NCBI GenBank assembly: GCA_951406725.2
Contig: OX597819.1
Span: 54,746,001 to 54,810,000, forward strand
DNA: 64,000 nucleotides
DNA from: Octopus vulgaris
Lineage: Eukaryota
Direction: 5' to 3'
Part shown: positions 1 to 14,104 of the stretch, piece after piece
How positions within the stretch are numbered: the first letter of the stretch is position 1
How the letters are laid out: every line of letters starts with the position of its first letter
The notes under the pieces: model-generated
Databases searched by the model: none
The model's input: only the letters and a program-made list of their open reading frames with translations
What the model was told of the DNA's origin: nothing
Translations under genes and position numbers: made by a program

Positions 1-309
1 AACAGTCAAGGCGAAAAGCGCGATTCGATTGTAATAGATATTTTATTGGTTGAACGATATTTCAACAGTAAGTCTTTCTTTGTCAAGTTCAAAATAAGAA
101 GTGATAAAAATTCAAAATTATAGAAATTTAAACGTAAAGTATGAACGAGAGCAACCAGCGTCCATACGTTGATGGAATGCCATCATCAGTTTTTAAGCTT
201 CAATTTTATAACAGGCAAAAAGGAAAAGACAGAAAAAAAACAGAAAAAAGAAGACGACAGAAAAAAGAAAAAAAAGAGAAAACGAAAGATATTTAATCAA
301 CAATTTTGT

Positions 310-900
310 ATAATATGAGGTATACTTGCCATCTCAATATGGCTAACCGCTAAGGGTGGGTGTTACTGTAGCTTGTAGCCCCACGAGAACATCGTCTCCA
401 GCTGGCTTTAGGCACACTTTCTGTGCCCTTATGGTATTTGCAAAGGGAGTTCATCCCTCCCTCGTCAACCTAAGTGATACGCACGGACTGCAGTTTCTAG
501 GTATTTACCTGTCTTCAGCGTACGTCAGTCACCGGTTTTCGATGAAGGGAGTCCCAATGCAAATCCTTATATGGTTTTTCCAGTAACTTTTCGTCACTGA
601 TCTCGAAAAACTGTATGCAAGCATATATCTCGTTCAGAGATTTATTATTAAATTTTGTATAAATTTGATATTAATAACCCGCAAACATATTTCTCCTCAT
701 ACATTCTGAGAAGTGCAGAAAATTTTCTGAGAATATGCACTTTCAAGTCTTCTTCAAAATTGCAGCCGCTTGAAACGAAATGTTCAGCAAGTTCTGTCGA
801 ACTACTGTTATTGTGCCTGACGTCGAATCTATGCCCATTAAACCTTTTGTTTAATTGTTCTGTTGTACAATTATTTTTGTCAGCCTTTGTGGCCAATAAA
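310..900 (-). mobile_element. Penelope-like element 3' remnant (GIY-YIG endonuclease fragment plus pLTR)
   Basis: QLNKRFNGHRFDV...TELAEHF, typical of the PLE GIY-YIG C-terminal part. Hammerhead motif downstream. The 310-450 repeat recurs at 23099-23447. Confidence 0.65.
480..525 (-). ncRNA. Minimal type I hammerhead ribozyme (PLE-associated)
   Basis: cgtacg-CTGAAGA-caggt aaat accta-GAAAC-tgca-GTC-cgtgcg: stems I and II pair, stem III is palindromic. Confidence 0.75.
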
Positions 901-919
901 CGAATTAATTAATTAATTA

Positions 920-988
<69 letters not shown>

Positions 989-1000
989 CGAAATACAAAC

Positions 1001-1188
1001 CTGTACATAATGACCCATCATTATGAAGTTTTCTTTGTCTAACTTCCCATAACTGACTGCCAAACTACTGTTGTAAGGAACTGTACCAGATTTTACTATA
1101 TTTTGAGTACCTTGATCCAAAAATAGTTGCCTCCCTTTTTGAATAACATCTTTGATAGGTCCAACTGTGAAAAATGACATGTCTGTAT
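1001..1188 (-). CDS. Paralog D exon equivalent to C exon 3 (gene continues beyond the window start)
   Basis: Acceptor ttcattctttAG, donor GTTTGT, phase 1-0: (D)TDMSFFTVGPIKDVIQKGRQLFLDQGTQNIVKSGTVPYNSSLAVSYGKLDKENFIMMGHYVQ. Shares KGR.F, PY...LA.S.GKLD.E.F..M.H with C. Confidence 0.85.
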
Positions 1189-1837
1189 CTAAAGAATGAA
1201 ACAAAAATTTCATAATGTACAAAGTAGAATAAAAGAATCATATGTAAATTGATTCATTACAAATAGCTAAATGGTACTAAAAAAAAATAAAATAGCTGGT
1301 AGAATCGTTAGCACGTCGGACAAAATGCTTAGCGGCATTTCTTCCGTCATGTTACATTCTGATTTTAAGTCTCATCGGAGTCAATTGCCTTTCATACCTT
1401 CGCGGTCAATAAAAGTCGAGTGTCGGTCGAATACTTGGCACGACGTAATCAACTTGTGCTCTGCCTTAAAAATCGGTGGATTTGAACCCTGAAATGGCCC
1501 GGCGTTCCGTTCGGAGAGAACGTTGTTATCTCGGTTACCTGAACTCCATGGAAACCGGGTAATCAGCTTTAGTGTTCAAGAAAAATAAAAGAAAAGTATA
1601 AAAGTGATTTTAATTGTGTTTATGAAGAAAGTCTGTAAGCTTAGTTACTCGTGAATGGGAAATGGAAAAATTAGTTGAGCGTCGCACAAAATAGCTTGTC
1701 TGGAGTTCAAGTCCTACGTAGGTCAACCTTCTGAAATTTATAAAATAAGTACAGGCCAAGTATAAAAAGATTGATATGTTCTATGTAGGTCGATTCATTA
1801 CAATTACGCTTGACTCTACCCAGCAAAGTTATTTCTA

Positions 1838-1873
<36 letters not shown>

Positions 1874-2049
1874 GAGTGAGAGGGCAGCGCACGCCATCAA
1901 AGTGACACTGGGGTAAAAATATACGAAGCCCAGTATACCCATCATGACTACCCGTCTGATAAGAGTACACCGGGAACAAGGGGAACATTGTTGATAACTT
2001 TAGGCCGGTAACTCAGCTAAATACAGAATACAAAATTTTGGCCAAGGTG

Positions 2050-3640
2050 TCAGCAAAGAGTTTGGCGCTTGTCGTTGACAGACAGGTGGGTGATGCGTAG
2101 ACTTCCGCTATTCCCTGCAGAACTATACACGATAACCTCCACCTCACGCGATACTTTATAGAGAGAGTAAGTAAAGAACGTGGCATAGATGGCTGGTTTC
2201 GACCTCGTTTTCAGAGGCTGGATCGCCGCAATGTACAGCGAAATCTGTTCGGTGGTCAAAGTAAATGACCACCTCTCGTTTAGTATCGCGCGTTCGGTCC
2301 ATCAAGGATGCCCACTCTGACCCCTTCTCTACATACTGGCACTTGAGCCATTACTTTGGAAGCTGGATGTTTCGAGGGGCATCCTACGTGAACTGGGATG
2401 CAGAGGGTTCGTGTCAGGGTATACGGACGACGCCACCGTGATAGAGTCGGACATCTCGGAAATCGAGATGGTCGACACTACCGTAAGGGAATAGGAAGCA
2501 GTGACAGGAGCAATGATCAACCAGAAGAAGTCAGTGGGCCTGCAGCTCGGCAACTGGAGAGGCAGGTAAATGCCAACCAACAGCTTGGTGGGGCGTTGGA
2601 CGGAAGGACCTGTTAAGTTGCTCAGGGTCTGGTTCAGTCCGGATCTCCAAGCGGACAAGAACTGGGGCGAGGTGACAGACAGGACGGCCAGTCTTGCCTA
2701 GAAATGGACCGAGAGGAAGCTGTCTCTGAAAGTTCGGGCGGAGGAGGCGAATGAGTACATCGCATCCGTCATATACTACCGCCTGAATGACGTACCTTGC
2801 CCCGCTTCGTGGCTGAACAGGCTGGTGCGTTTGCTCTTCCGCTTCCTGTCAGCACCCGTTTCATGGAGGACTGGGCATGCCGTGGCTGAGGCTGCGCAGA
2901 CATGCGCTGAGACTGCGAGAGCTCCAGCAATACCTTAACGGTGAGTAGGTGTGGTCACTGTTTGTTGAACGCGCTTTTCCGCACCTTGTCTCCTTGACGG
3001 AGCTACAGTGTTGGATCAGACGTAGACCGAGGCAGGGTGCTTGACACCTACAGTGTCTCTAAGTGCTCACAGTCCTCGGCCTCTCAGGAAATGCAGTCGG
3101 TGGAAGTTCCATCTTGGAGTTCTATAGGGGATTAGTGAAGGGCAAGAGCAACGACCTTTTCAGAGAGGTCCTGGACGTCGAGGAATACTTTCGGGCCGGA
3201 AACCATGCATAACTTCCAGAAATACTTGGCCTGGCAATGCTACCGGGGGCGCTGCTGGTTCAAAATAAGCTCTACAGGCACAGGCGTGCAGTCAGTCGGG
3301 CTTTTCCGAGATGCACGCGGAACAATGTAACCGTTCTGCATGCTCTCGTACAGTATCCGCGCTTTGCTGACTTGTGGATCTTTGTCGAACAGTTATTGTC
3401 ACGTGTAGGACGGATCCGGCTATCGTCCGAGTCCATTGTGAAGATCTCCCCGCCTCCTTCCTTTGGTCGGGAGGTGGGGTAATTTTCTGTCTGGTGGCTA
3501 TGACAAAAGAGGTTGTGTGGTGGATACCATTGAAAGGGTTGAAGATGGGTACCTTCCTCTTTGGACAAGGCCTCATTGACTTTTTCAGATTCCACTTGAA
3601 AAGGAAAGTGAGCCTGGAGAGGGAGGTACGGTCACCAGGT
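2050..3640 (+). mobile_element. Degenerate L1/Tx1-clade LINE (RT and C-terminal region)
   Basis: GC-rich block with QGCPL*PLLYILALEPL and VSGYTDDATV RT motifs near 2300-2440. Many stops and frameshifts. Confidence 0.7.
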
Positions 3641-4162
3641 AAAGGGGCTAGTCGATTTACATCGACTCTAGTGCGTAGCTGGTACTTATTTCATCGACTC
3701 CGAAAGAATGAAAGGCAACGTCGACCTCGGCGGAATTTGAACTCAGAACGTTGCGGCAGACTAAGCATTTCACCAGGCGTGCTAACGATTCTGCCAGCTC
3801 GCCGCCTTCTTGGTGCCTTAATAATAACGACAATAATGATTATTAATTTAGATCTTACTTAAGGGAAGTGAAATTGTTTTGTTTTCTTTGCATTGAAGAT
3901 AATTTATGAGAAGTAAAACATTTGAACAGAAGAAAAAAGCAAGAGACACATAACTCAGTTCAGAATATGCTTACATAACTCAGTTGAGAATAAAAAGAAA
4001 CTTATAGCAAAATAATATTCAACACTTTCGTTTGTAAGAATTATACAATGTTGATCAATTAACCCTGTTAAAACAGGGTGCATAAGATTTTTATTTCTAA
4101 GGGAGGCAAGAGGTAAAATATTTAATGAAAAATATTTAAGAATGTGTGTTTGCGTGCGTGCA

Positions 4163-4239
<77 letters not shown>

Positions 4240-4564
4240 CGTGCGTGCGTGTGTGAGTTGTGTATATGTTTATGTAAGTGTGTTGTATATTTGTTTTTAT
4301 AAGTAATGTAAAGTAATTTTAGAATATTTCTCATAATTTTCTCAAACATCTTTGATATTCTGGATACCACAGATTACGTTTTCTTAATCTAGACTATTAA
4401 CTATAAATATTATACTAAGTCGCAATATAGTCATTATATTTAACACACATTTCTAACCAATGCACATACAAACATCTCGTGTTCATTTCTAATCAATTTT
4501 ATGAGTTTGAAAATTACGAAAAACGCTTCTTTTAAAGTTAGTTATGAAAGTTAATATTACATAC

Positions 4565-4625
4565 CATGCAAAGCTGGAAAGCAGAAAAAATACACTAGAA
4601 ATGTAAATATTTTCCAATTTATCAT
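4565..4625 (-). CDS. Paralog D exon 1 (signal peptide)
   Basis: MINWKIFTFLVYFFCFPALH plus 1 nt, donor GTATGT (phase 1). Same architecture as paralog C exon 1. Confidence 0.8.
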
Positions 4626-4964
4626 GTTCGCAAGTTCAACATTTGGCTACTTAATGATTTTATTAAGCTAGCATTTTCTGTGACTTATTGTCAATTTGAA
4701 TGGTAACACATTGCAGTTTTCTCAGAAAAAAATCATTGAAAACTTTCAAAAGCGCGTTGCAGAAGATAAAAATAAAAAAATATAAAAATACTGGAATTAG
4801 GTTTATATAATAATATGATTGAAAGCAAAGGAATATGAAAGGCTGGGAATATTAGCTGGCAGCATAACATATTTGCATTGTCGAATAAGGCAAACGATAT
4901 TGTTTACGTTTATCTTCCTTACTTTGAAGCTTAAAAATAAGCTCGAGAGACCTGGTATTTTTCT

Positions 4965-5100
4965 CATAAATTACAGTGAGAGAGTAAAATCAATATCACA
5001 CCTAAAGGAAAATAGATGATGAGTCATGCTGAAACGTTACAAGATTAAATCACAACCGGAAGTAACCAGTTAAGACATTATTCAGTGAGATTACTTATGT
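4965..5100. promoter_or_regulatory. Non-coding block with AP-1 and ETS motifs about 400 bp upstream of paralog D
   Basis: TGAGTCA at 5020-5026 and ACCGGAAGT at 5055-5063. An inverted homologous copy at ~18960-19120 keeps both motifs. Confidence 0.45.
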
Positions 5101-5106
5101 AAATTA

Positions 5107-5500
5107 AGGCGGCGAGCCGACAGAAACGTTAGCACGCCGGGTGAAATGCTTACCAGTTTTCCGTCTGCCGTTACGTTCTGAGTTCAAATTCCGCCGAGGT
5201 CGATTTTGCCTTTCATCCTATCGGGGTCGATAAATCAAGTACCAGTTACGCGCTGGGGTCGATGTAATCGACTTAATCCGTTTGTCCTCGTTTGTCCCCC
5301 TTGCGTTTAGCCCCTTGTGGGTAGTAAAAAAATAGGTATTTCGTCCGTCTTTACGTTCTGAGTTCAAATTCCGCCTAGGTCGACTTTGCCTTTCATCCTT
5401 TCGGGGTCGATAAATTAAGTGCCAGTTGCGTACTGGGTTCGATCTAATCGACTGCTCGCGCCCACAAAATTTCGGGCCTTGTGCCTAGAGCAGAAAAGAT
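5107..5500 (+). mobile_element. tRNA-derived SINE family 1 (dimeric body)
   Basis: A-box GGCGGCGAGCxGxCAGAA, B-box GAGTTCAAATTCC, core GCCTTTCATCCTTTCGGGGTCGATAAA. Other copies at ~1293, 3645-3807(-), 8017-8430, 9400-9784(-), 14396, 22229, 42660-43255(-), 62070-62290(-), 63490-63726(-). Confidence 0.85.
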
Positions 5501-5691
5501 TACTTCGTAAATTCTGTAGCAATGTCTCTCATTTAACAACGTGTAAAGAAGATACAATAGACTTCTAAAAGTGATTGAAAATCTAATAGAACTGTTTTCA
5601 AAGAAGCAATGAAAGCTATGTCTTTTATCATGTTTATGCAAACCAACCAGATGTCCCATATTTAAAAGCAAGTCCTTAAAATGTAAACATT

Positions 5692-5746
<55 letters not shown>

Positions 5747-6345
5747 ATGGGGGGGGGTTAGTTCACAGATGATCTAAACGATTAGGTACGCTAGTTAAGT
5801 GATGTGACGGATTACTAGGGTTCCAAGGTTATAGCCGAGACGGTAGTTATGGAGCCATTGCAGATTTCTGATACAGCGGAACAATTATTGCTGTTGTTGT
5901 TGGCATCCTTTTGTTTCGGGAGACAACTGAGTTGCTCATAAACTAATCTGGTCTGGTTTTTACAGTTCATGTGCTCTCTAGTTTCCTCTCCAGTTTTGCG
6001 CTGGCCTGGGATAGATGTAAGAAAATCCTGGGTAGCCCAATCGTCAGGATTCCTCTCTCGACCTTGCTGACGTAGTCCAAAAGAATGCAGAGCATTACGT
6101 TTGGCATCAGCTTGGTTGCAGGAGCTGCCAGAATAATGTCGAGTTGAACTCTAAACCGGGACTCCAGTCCGGATTTCTTTGAAGGTTGTCTCCTTTCCGC
6201 AACCCTGGATAGGGGCCCATACCGGGTATTGTCAGCCGAGCCAGCTGAGCCCGGGACTCGTGTCCGGTAGGGTTGTCACTCTTTGAAGTAGTGAAGAAAA
6301 TCACTACCCACTACGTATTATATATATATATATATATATATATGC

Positions 6346-6468
<123 letters not shown>

Positions 6469-6666
6469 ATCCAAACAAGATAACATAGAAAAAACACAGC
6501 AACGCGAGGACGTGGAACAATTAAAGTATTATTTGACGCTCAGGAAAGAAGGGAAGGAGGGTTTAACGTTTCGGGCGGAGCTCTTCGTCGGAAACAAAGG
6601 AGAAGGAAAGATCCTGAGAAGGGAAGACAGAGGAAAAAAATCTTTTTGCTGGTGGTGCTCAAGAGA

Positions 6667-6791
<125 letters not shown>

Positions 6792-6988
6792 ATTATTAAA
6801 ATACCATCACAAGTGGCAAGCGAATTATCAGCCGTACAGGCAATTTAATGAAATATATACATACAATATTAGATATGTACATATATACACAAGGGTGCTA
6901 CATTCTCCCCCATCATATATATATATAACTCCAAACTTACAGGTAAAAATTCAATTTAGTATTAAATCGAATTTCACGTCATATATAT

Positions 6989-7298
6989 AATATAAATTAG
7001 AGAGAAACCACTATTAGGCAATTCAAACAATGATAGACATAAACCAAATCATAAATAAAAAATAAAATATATCTTAAAACATATAACTAGATGACAAAAA
7101 GTACAAAAATGAATAAACAATATATAAAAATGAATAAACAATAAGTACAAAAATGAATAAATATTTTGTTTATTCATTTTTGTACTTTTTGTGATCTAGT
7201 TATATGTTTTAAAATATATTTTGTTTTTTATTTATGATTTGGTTTATGTCTATCATTGTTTGAATTGCCTAATAGTGGTTTTTCTCTAATTTATATAT
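6989..7298. repeat. Long near-perfect inverted repeat (hairpin)
   Basis: ~135-bp arms (~6989-7130 and ~7165-7298) with a short spacer. Confidence 0.85.
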
Positions 7299-7485
7299 AT
7301 ATATATATATATATGTATTGGAACAATTACATATATATAGGAACATATATATATACCATTGTGCTTAAATAATGGAACTGCAAATACAATTTCCTTACGC
7401 ATCTCACGTCTGTTTTCATCCCTCCACTTCATTCTGTGTTTCATATCTTCTCTATAATAATTATTACTTAAATATTTTCTCGCAC

Positions 7486-7535
7486 CGCCTCTGATGAGGG
7501 AATATATAAAATATCCTGGAAACAGCTGTAAGACC
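7486..7535 (+). ncRNA. Minimal hammerhead ribozyme-like motif
   Basis: CTGATGA-ggg...cctg-GAAAC-agct-GTA with palindromic stem III. Stem I is only partly paired. Confidence 0.5.
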
Positions 7536-7591
7536 TCTTTATAAATGTTCTGAAACTATTCACAACCTTGGATTTTTTTTATCTCATTCTG

Positions 7592-7670
<79 letters not shown>

Positions 7671-8016
7671 TTTATGTATGTATGTATGTATGTATGTATG
7701 TATGTATGTATGTATGTATGTATGTATGTATGTATGTATGTATGCATGTATGTATGTATGTATACACACACAGGAAACAGTTAAAAGTAATGGTCATAAC
7801 ATATTCGTTTATTGAATCAAATTTGGCTTACAGCTGTTTCCAGTTGCCATTATAAGTTCATTGCTGATAGGTTTACTCAATTGGTCTATTGATCAATTGG
7901 GGCAAATTGAAAGACTTGAGACAATTAATGTAACTTTCATCCCCGAGCCATTTCTGGTTATAACAAGCAGAGTTCTGGAGGAAGGCGGGGGAGAAGATAG
8001 AAATGTTCAAGTAGAA

Positions 8017-8430
8017 GGCGGTGAGCTGGCAGAAACGTTAGCGCGCCATGCGAAATGCTTAGCGGTATTTCGTCTGTCGCAACGTTCTGAGTTCAAATTC
8101 CGCCGAGGTCGACTTTGCCTTTCATCCTTTCGGGGTCGATAAATTAAGTACCAGTTACGCACTGGGGTCGATGTAATCGACTTAATACCTATGTCTGTCC
8201 TTGTTTGTCCCCTCTATGTTTAGCCCCTTGTGGGTAATAAAGAAATAAGTATTTTGTCTGCTGTTACGTTCTGAGTTCAAATTCCGCCGAGGTCGACTTT
8301 GCCTTTCATCCTTTCGGTGTCGATAAATTAAGTACCAGTTACGCATTTGGGTCGATGTAATCGATTTAATCCGTCTGTTTGTCCTTGTTTGTCCCCTATG
8401 TGTTTAGCCCCATGTGGGCAATAAATAAGA
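8017..8430 (+). mobile_element. SINE family 1 copy (dimeric)
   Basis: Closely similar to 5107-5500. Confidence 0.85.
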
Positions 8431-9399
8431 AATGTTCGAGTAGAGAACAGGGGAAAAACAGGTTACATATGGGTGGAAGCAGGTAAGGGGATGGTGTAGG
8501 AGTCACTAGAATTAGCAGCATTGTATTGCCAAAGTTGGAAGAGGGACAATCTAAAACATTAGTGTTTGTAGTCCAGTCAGCACCCATTACCATATTAGCA
8601 TTGTATATAGGTTAGATGTTCTCCAGCCATTGTGTTGAAATTTGTGGACTTTCTATGGACATAGTCTAAGACAGTAATGTTCCGTTTTTAATGTAACATA
8701 GTGTGGGAATAATGTTAGAAAATGAAAGAATACTATTTGTAGTCGTATCGTAGAGGTCATGAATGCTCTTGTTATCAGGATATAAAAACTGATAGATTTA
8801 GAGATGTTACAAATGGGATGATATCAAGTTAAAATTGTTGAAAATTAGATGTAAATACAGGTTACCTGATTAGTCAGGTTTTCAAATGTAAACTAATAAA
8901 ACAGTTATGGATAAAAATCCTAACTAAAGTTAGTTTCTAAATTCAGCTTTAAAGTAAACTGAGATGTAGAGGATTAAAGTAAATTTTCAGAGCAATGTGT
9001 TATACCAAAGCAATTATGATGAAGGTGACAACATCAGCATCATTAGCATCAATATCAGTAATATCAATATCAATAGTATCAATAAAATAACAAGACGATC
9101 TTCTAAATTAATATCAGAAATAACAATTCTAACAACCATGGGGGTAATAATGTAATAGCGATAAGAGGGTAATGGTCCCAATACTGGAATGAAAGTAAAA
9201 AATTTCAAGTTCGAAATAAAAGATTAAAATCTTAAAAGAAGTTTAAGATAATTTTAAACCCATGGAAATACACACGTGCGCGCGCGCACGCACACACACA
9301 CACACACATACACACACACACACACACACACGTATAGAGAGACAGAGAGGTGGAGTTATATGCCTCTGGTCTGCTGGTCTGCGGAGTCGCCAATATTCT

Positions 9400-9784
9400 T
9401 TTCTACTCTAGGCACAAGGCCCGAAATTTTGGAGGATTGAGGAGCCAGTCGATTAGATCGACCCCAGTACGCAACTGGTACTTAATTTATCGACCCCTGA
9501 AAGTCGACCTCGGTGGAATTTGAACTCAGAACGTAAAAACAGACGAAATATCTACTTCTTTACTACCCACAAGGGGCTAAACACAGAGAGGACAAACAAG
9601 GACAGACAAACGGATTAAGTCGATTACATCGACCCCAGTGCGTAACTGGTACTTAACTTATCGACCCCGAAAGGATGAAAGGCAAAGTTGATCTCGGCGG
9701 AATTTGAACTCAGAACGTAACGGCTGACGAAATACGGCTACGCATTTCGCCCGGCGTTCTAACGTTTCTGCCAGCTCACCGCCT
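9400..9784 (-). mobile_element. SINE family 1 copy
   Basis: Reverse complement of the 5107-5500 element. Confidence 0.85.
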
Positions 9785-11030
9785 TGTGGTGTCGCCTATA
9801 TTGCAATAATAAACATGAAACTGATGGTAACTTTACGACCGGCCATAACCAACGACTACGTAATATATAAACACGCGCGCACACATACACACACGCATGC
9901 ACGTACACACCCACACGTTTAGATGTTTCAGTCATTAGACTGCGGCCATGCTGGGGCACTGCCTTGAAGAACTTTTAGTTCAACTTATCGACTCCAGAAT
10001 TTTTTCCTTTTTACTTGTTACAGTTATTAGACTGTGGCCATGCTGGGGCACCACCTTGAAGAATTTTTAGTCGAATGTAACGATGCCAGAATTCTTTTTA
10101 ATAATTTTCAACCAGCGCACGAAGTTAGGCGTAGAAGCTATCTCCACATGCTAGAAATAACAGCCAAATCTCTTGAAATTTTTGTTATTACCCCCTCGGT
10201 TTTTTTTTCTAAAAATCTTTTTACCTGTTTCAGTCATTGGACTGCGGCCATACTGGGGCACCAGCTTGAAGAATTTTTGGTCGCAGAAAAATCAGCATTT
10301 TAAAATATATATTTGAAGTCTTTTGTTTTCTTCTCACTTATAAATTAATGAGAATAAGTTTTCCTTTTGACCTTTCTCCAGTCGCTGAAAGTCTAACAGA
10401 AGGCTAGTCATTCAAACGTACTTCTTATCGTTTGCCTAAATAGGGAGATGGGTGTTTCTCTATAAAAATGACAAATTCTGGTTTTTGTGAAGAAAAAACA
10501 TGTCAGAGACGTGTAATATTTACTTTCATTTTATGTGTCTATATATAATCATTCAAACGTACTTCTTATCGTTTTTATGTTTCTACACATTTCTTGAAGT
10601 AAATGTTTTCCCTTTTGTTAGAATTCTGACAATATGTACATTGAGTAGTAAAGAGTCTTGTGTTCTGTTATTCTATTATTGATGTTAAGATTGATTTTAT
10701 TTTCATTTTCAAGCTTCAAAATTATTCCCCAAACGAGGAAAATAATTGAAATACACAGAAATAACCATTGTGAGGGACATAGGTGTTTTGACACCGTTTT
10801 TTGATTGAATATATTTTATTTCCTTAAAAATTGGAATTTTGGAAAATAGTTCTGTTTTTACGACCGCAATTTCCGTTTTTGTTTACGAGAAATTATAAAA
10901 CAAAATTGTAAGATTTGGCTGTTATTTCTAACATGTGGAGAGACCTTCTAGGCAAGAATTTTAGTGCTGTTTGAAATAACCCAAATAAAGATTCTGGGGT
11001 CGATACATTCGACTAAAAATTCTTCAAGAA

Positions 11031-11750
11031 GCACATGCTGGATTGGCCTCATGTTTATATATTAATCTTGGCGACCCTGTTGAAGAAGACTTTGCCTGGT
11101 AAATTATTTTATTTACTAAAATAAGTCAGAAACCATGGTCCAGGAAAGAGATGGTAAATGTTTTCATTTTTCATTCCATTCGAGAATTTATCCCTAATTA
11201 ATGGTTTGGACTTTAGCTGTTCTTCCTAGCGTAAAGAATTCCTATGATGGAAACCTCTTAATGTGTTTAAATGTACACTGTATTTTATATGAATAATATA
11301 TAGTCTATTGACTAATTTTTCTATACGCTAGGCTACTGGTAGTAAAAATTTCTAAAATCTTTTATTACCCTGATATTATTAATTATGTATAATGATTTCT
11401 GGTAGATTCGTTCGAAGAAATTACCGGCATCTTTTTGCTGCCGACAAATAAGACTGCGCTTGCGCGGTGGATTTGAAAAAAATGAAAATGTATAAGCAAG
11501 AGGCACATGCTGGATTGGCCTCATGTTTATATATTTAGTCTTGGCGACCCTGCTGAAGGAGTCTTCGCCTAGTAAATTATTTTATTTACTAAAATAAGTC
11601 AGAAACCATGGTCCAGGAAAGAGATGGTAAATGTTTTTATTTTTCATTTCCTTCGAGAATTTATCTCTAATTAGTTGTTTGGACTTTAGCTGTTCTTTCA
11701 AGCGTAAAGGATTCCTATGATGAAAACCTCTTAATGTGATTAAATGCACA

Positions 11751-11754
<4 letters not shown>
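11031..11754 (+). repeat. ~250-bp direct duplication
   Basis: 11031-11282 and 11503-11754 are near-identical (GCACATGCTGGATTGGCCTCATG...ACACTGTAT). Confidence 0.9.
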
Positions 11755-11816
<62 letters not shown>

Positions 11817-11821
<5 letters not shown>

Positions 11822-14104
11822 AATAAATGAAAGAATGGAGTTGAACGACGATTTAACAAAATTCCTTTATTCTCGACATATGTTTCGAAGACTGCATATT
11901 CCTAATTTCGAAGGAATAAGGGGTGCATTATGCCGCCTTCTCATCAGGAAAGACAAGGAACTTATGTTAGCATCATGATGAACAAAAACTTTTAGATGGC
12001 TGCCCACACGGAGTCCATAGCGATTATGAGTGTTTCTTTAAAATATTCCGTTATAAGTAGTCACGTCAAAAATGGTTGAATGTAGAAGATTCTAGAAAGT
12101 TCAAGAGTTCAAACAAGGTTGGAAAGGGAGAGATCTAAGAATAGGAAGGGGACAGGGTGCAAGTCATATGAATGGTGATGTGTTGTTGTTTGCGTTTGCT
12201 AATAAGATTGAGTGCCTATGTGTGTGTATGTGTGTGCGTGATTGTGTGTGTGGTTGGGTAGATGCCAAAAACAACTAGTGGTGAAGTGACAGGTTTGTGT
12301 CTGTGTGTTTGATTGTGCTTACGATAGAGAGGGGGAGAGGTAGAGAGACAAAGGTAAAACATACCCCAACGAATTTGGTAGTAGTCCTTCATGAGTATAA
12401 AAATTTGTCTATGGTGGTGTTGTATAAGTGGAACCAAATTATTAAATTCAAGTAGGTTATCTATATTAATCATCATTCATATGAGTGAAAGGTGTGTTTC
12501 TGCCAGTGCATGCACCTATAGGATTTTTCAACCATTGTATTTACTAAAGGGAATTTGGCGAAAAGTATATGGAAAAGTTCGGAATTACAGACGCCACAAA
12601 ATTTTCTGCCCTTATCAAACGGAAAGGATACAGACAATATGGACCATTCCAGCTTGAAAGTTATATTGCTGTCCTTAAGACGCCAAACTAATTTACTTAG
12701 TCCTGTGCTTTGTTGTTTTCTCTTATCTCGGAAAGTTGAATAATGATTGGAAATCCTCTGGGCTAGTTTAGAAGTAGTTGCCCCAATGTAGAAGAAGACA
12801 CCGGTACCAGAAAAAATTTTACACTGGTAAATGGAATTTCTAATTTAGGAATTGCTGGACAAGAACTTTAATCTGTTAGGGTTTACCTCCGAGACTAAGA
12901 CGGAGTTTTTATTGTTATGATTGCTGTTAATATTATTGCTAGCATTGACCACTATACTATTCCTATTATTGTCATTACTATTAATTGTACTATCGTCGGC
13001 AATTTCCCTGACGATAGGAATGCTGGGGTTGTTATCATCAATACTACCACTGTTATTAGAAATGCTGTCGTTACTACCACTAACGCTACTACTGTTAATA
13101 ATCCGACTAATATTATTATTAATATTACCATTGTTAATGCCAACGCTGCTATGAATGTTGCTATTATCAATACTATTTCTATTATTATTATTATTGTATG
13201 TTTGGTTGGAATTGGTAAGAGCAGTATCGTAACTCCCGGGTGATGGATCCTTATTTAGCAGCTTGTTATTATGGGAGGCAATAATTTGCGATAGATTTCT
13301 AGTGTTAGAGAATGCAATCCTTACCTTATGCGAATTGATAGTTGAGTAATACCTAGAATTCCTGGGAAAGTTCCTAGCTACGGCTTCACGGAACTGTAAA
13401 GGAAGGTTTGACCTGATTTGTTTCCCGAAAGGTATGACAAACCAGATATAGTTTTTTGTGGACTTAGAATTGTTCAGAGTGTTACCATTTACATTAAAGG
13501 GAATATTTCTGTGCTAGAAAATTGGTGTTGGTTGTCGATTGCCTCCCCTGGTCCGTAAATTATTTTTCTTAAGTATAGTGGTGTCGACGTTGTTAGAGTT
13601 GAAATCATTATTCACACTATTTCTATTGTTATTAGTTTTCTTATCCTGAGAAGCATATATTGGTTTAGAATGGGCCGGGTCGATATATGATACTTTATCT
13701 CTATAACCGGCTTTTGACAAGGCGGCGTTATAAAATTCCGCTTTCTGGTTAAAGATGTCGACATTAGCAGATAATTTTGACAGTCTTAAAGAAATATTTT
13801 AAACTAAATTATCGGTAATAGTTTTGGCATGGTTACTGAAAATGCTGATATATTTAAGATTAGTAGAATGCTTATGATAAGGGAAGTAAGAATTATTCTG
13901 CAGATTTAGGGTAACGTCTAAGAAGTTGGCTTTAGTTAATTCATCGTCGAAAACTATGCTCAAGCCCATTCTGCTAAAAAATCTAGCTAGTCTGTTTTTA
14001 GTCTTCTCCTTCGAAATTAGGAATATGCTGTCTTCGAAACATATGTCGAGAATAAAGGAATTTTGTTAAATCGTCGTTCAACTCCATTCTTTTATTTATT
14101 TGTA
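11817..14104 (-). mobile_element. Penelope-like retroelement (RT C-terminus plus GIY-YIG), with inverted terminal repeat
   Basis: KANFLDVTLNL...YHK...LRLSKLS at ~13700-14000; IYQCKI...FYIGATTSKLAQRISNHYS...C-x2-C at ~12540-12835. 11817-11912 is repeated inverted at ~14010-14104. Confidence 0.85.
11871..11951 (-). ncRNA. Hammerhead ribozyme with long stem II in a PLE terminal repeat
   Basis: tttc-CTGATGA-gaaggcggcata...tatgcagtcttc-GAAAC-atat-GTC-gaga. Confidence 0.7.

Noticed and set aside
3849-3875. Possible 27-nt phase 1-1 micro-exon of paralog D ((E)NKTISLPL) with a GTAAG donor
   Set aside because: Weak AAG acceptor and no similarity to the C micro-exon; cannot be supported without RNA data.
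12917-13243. Hydrophobic I/T/N-rich ORFs resembling membrane proteins
   Set aside because: Low-complexity triplet-rich linker inside the Penelope-like element.
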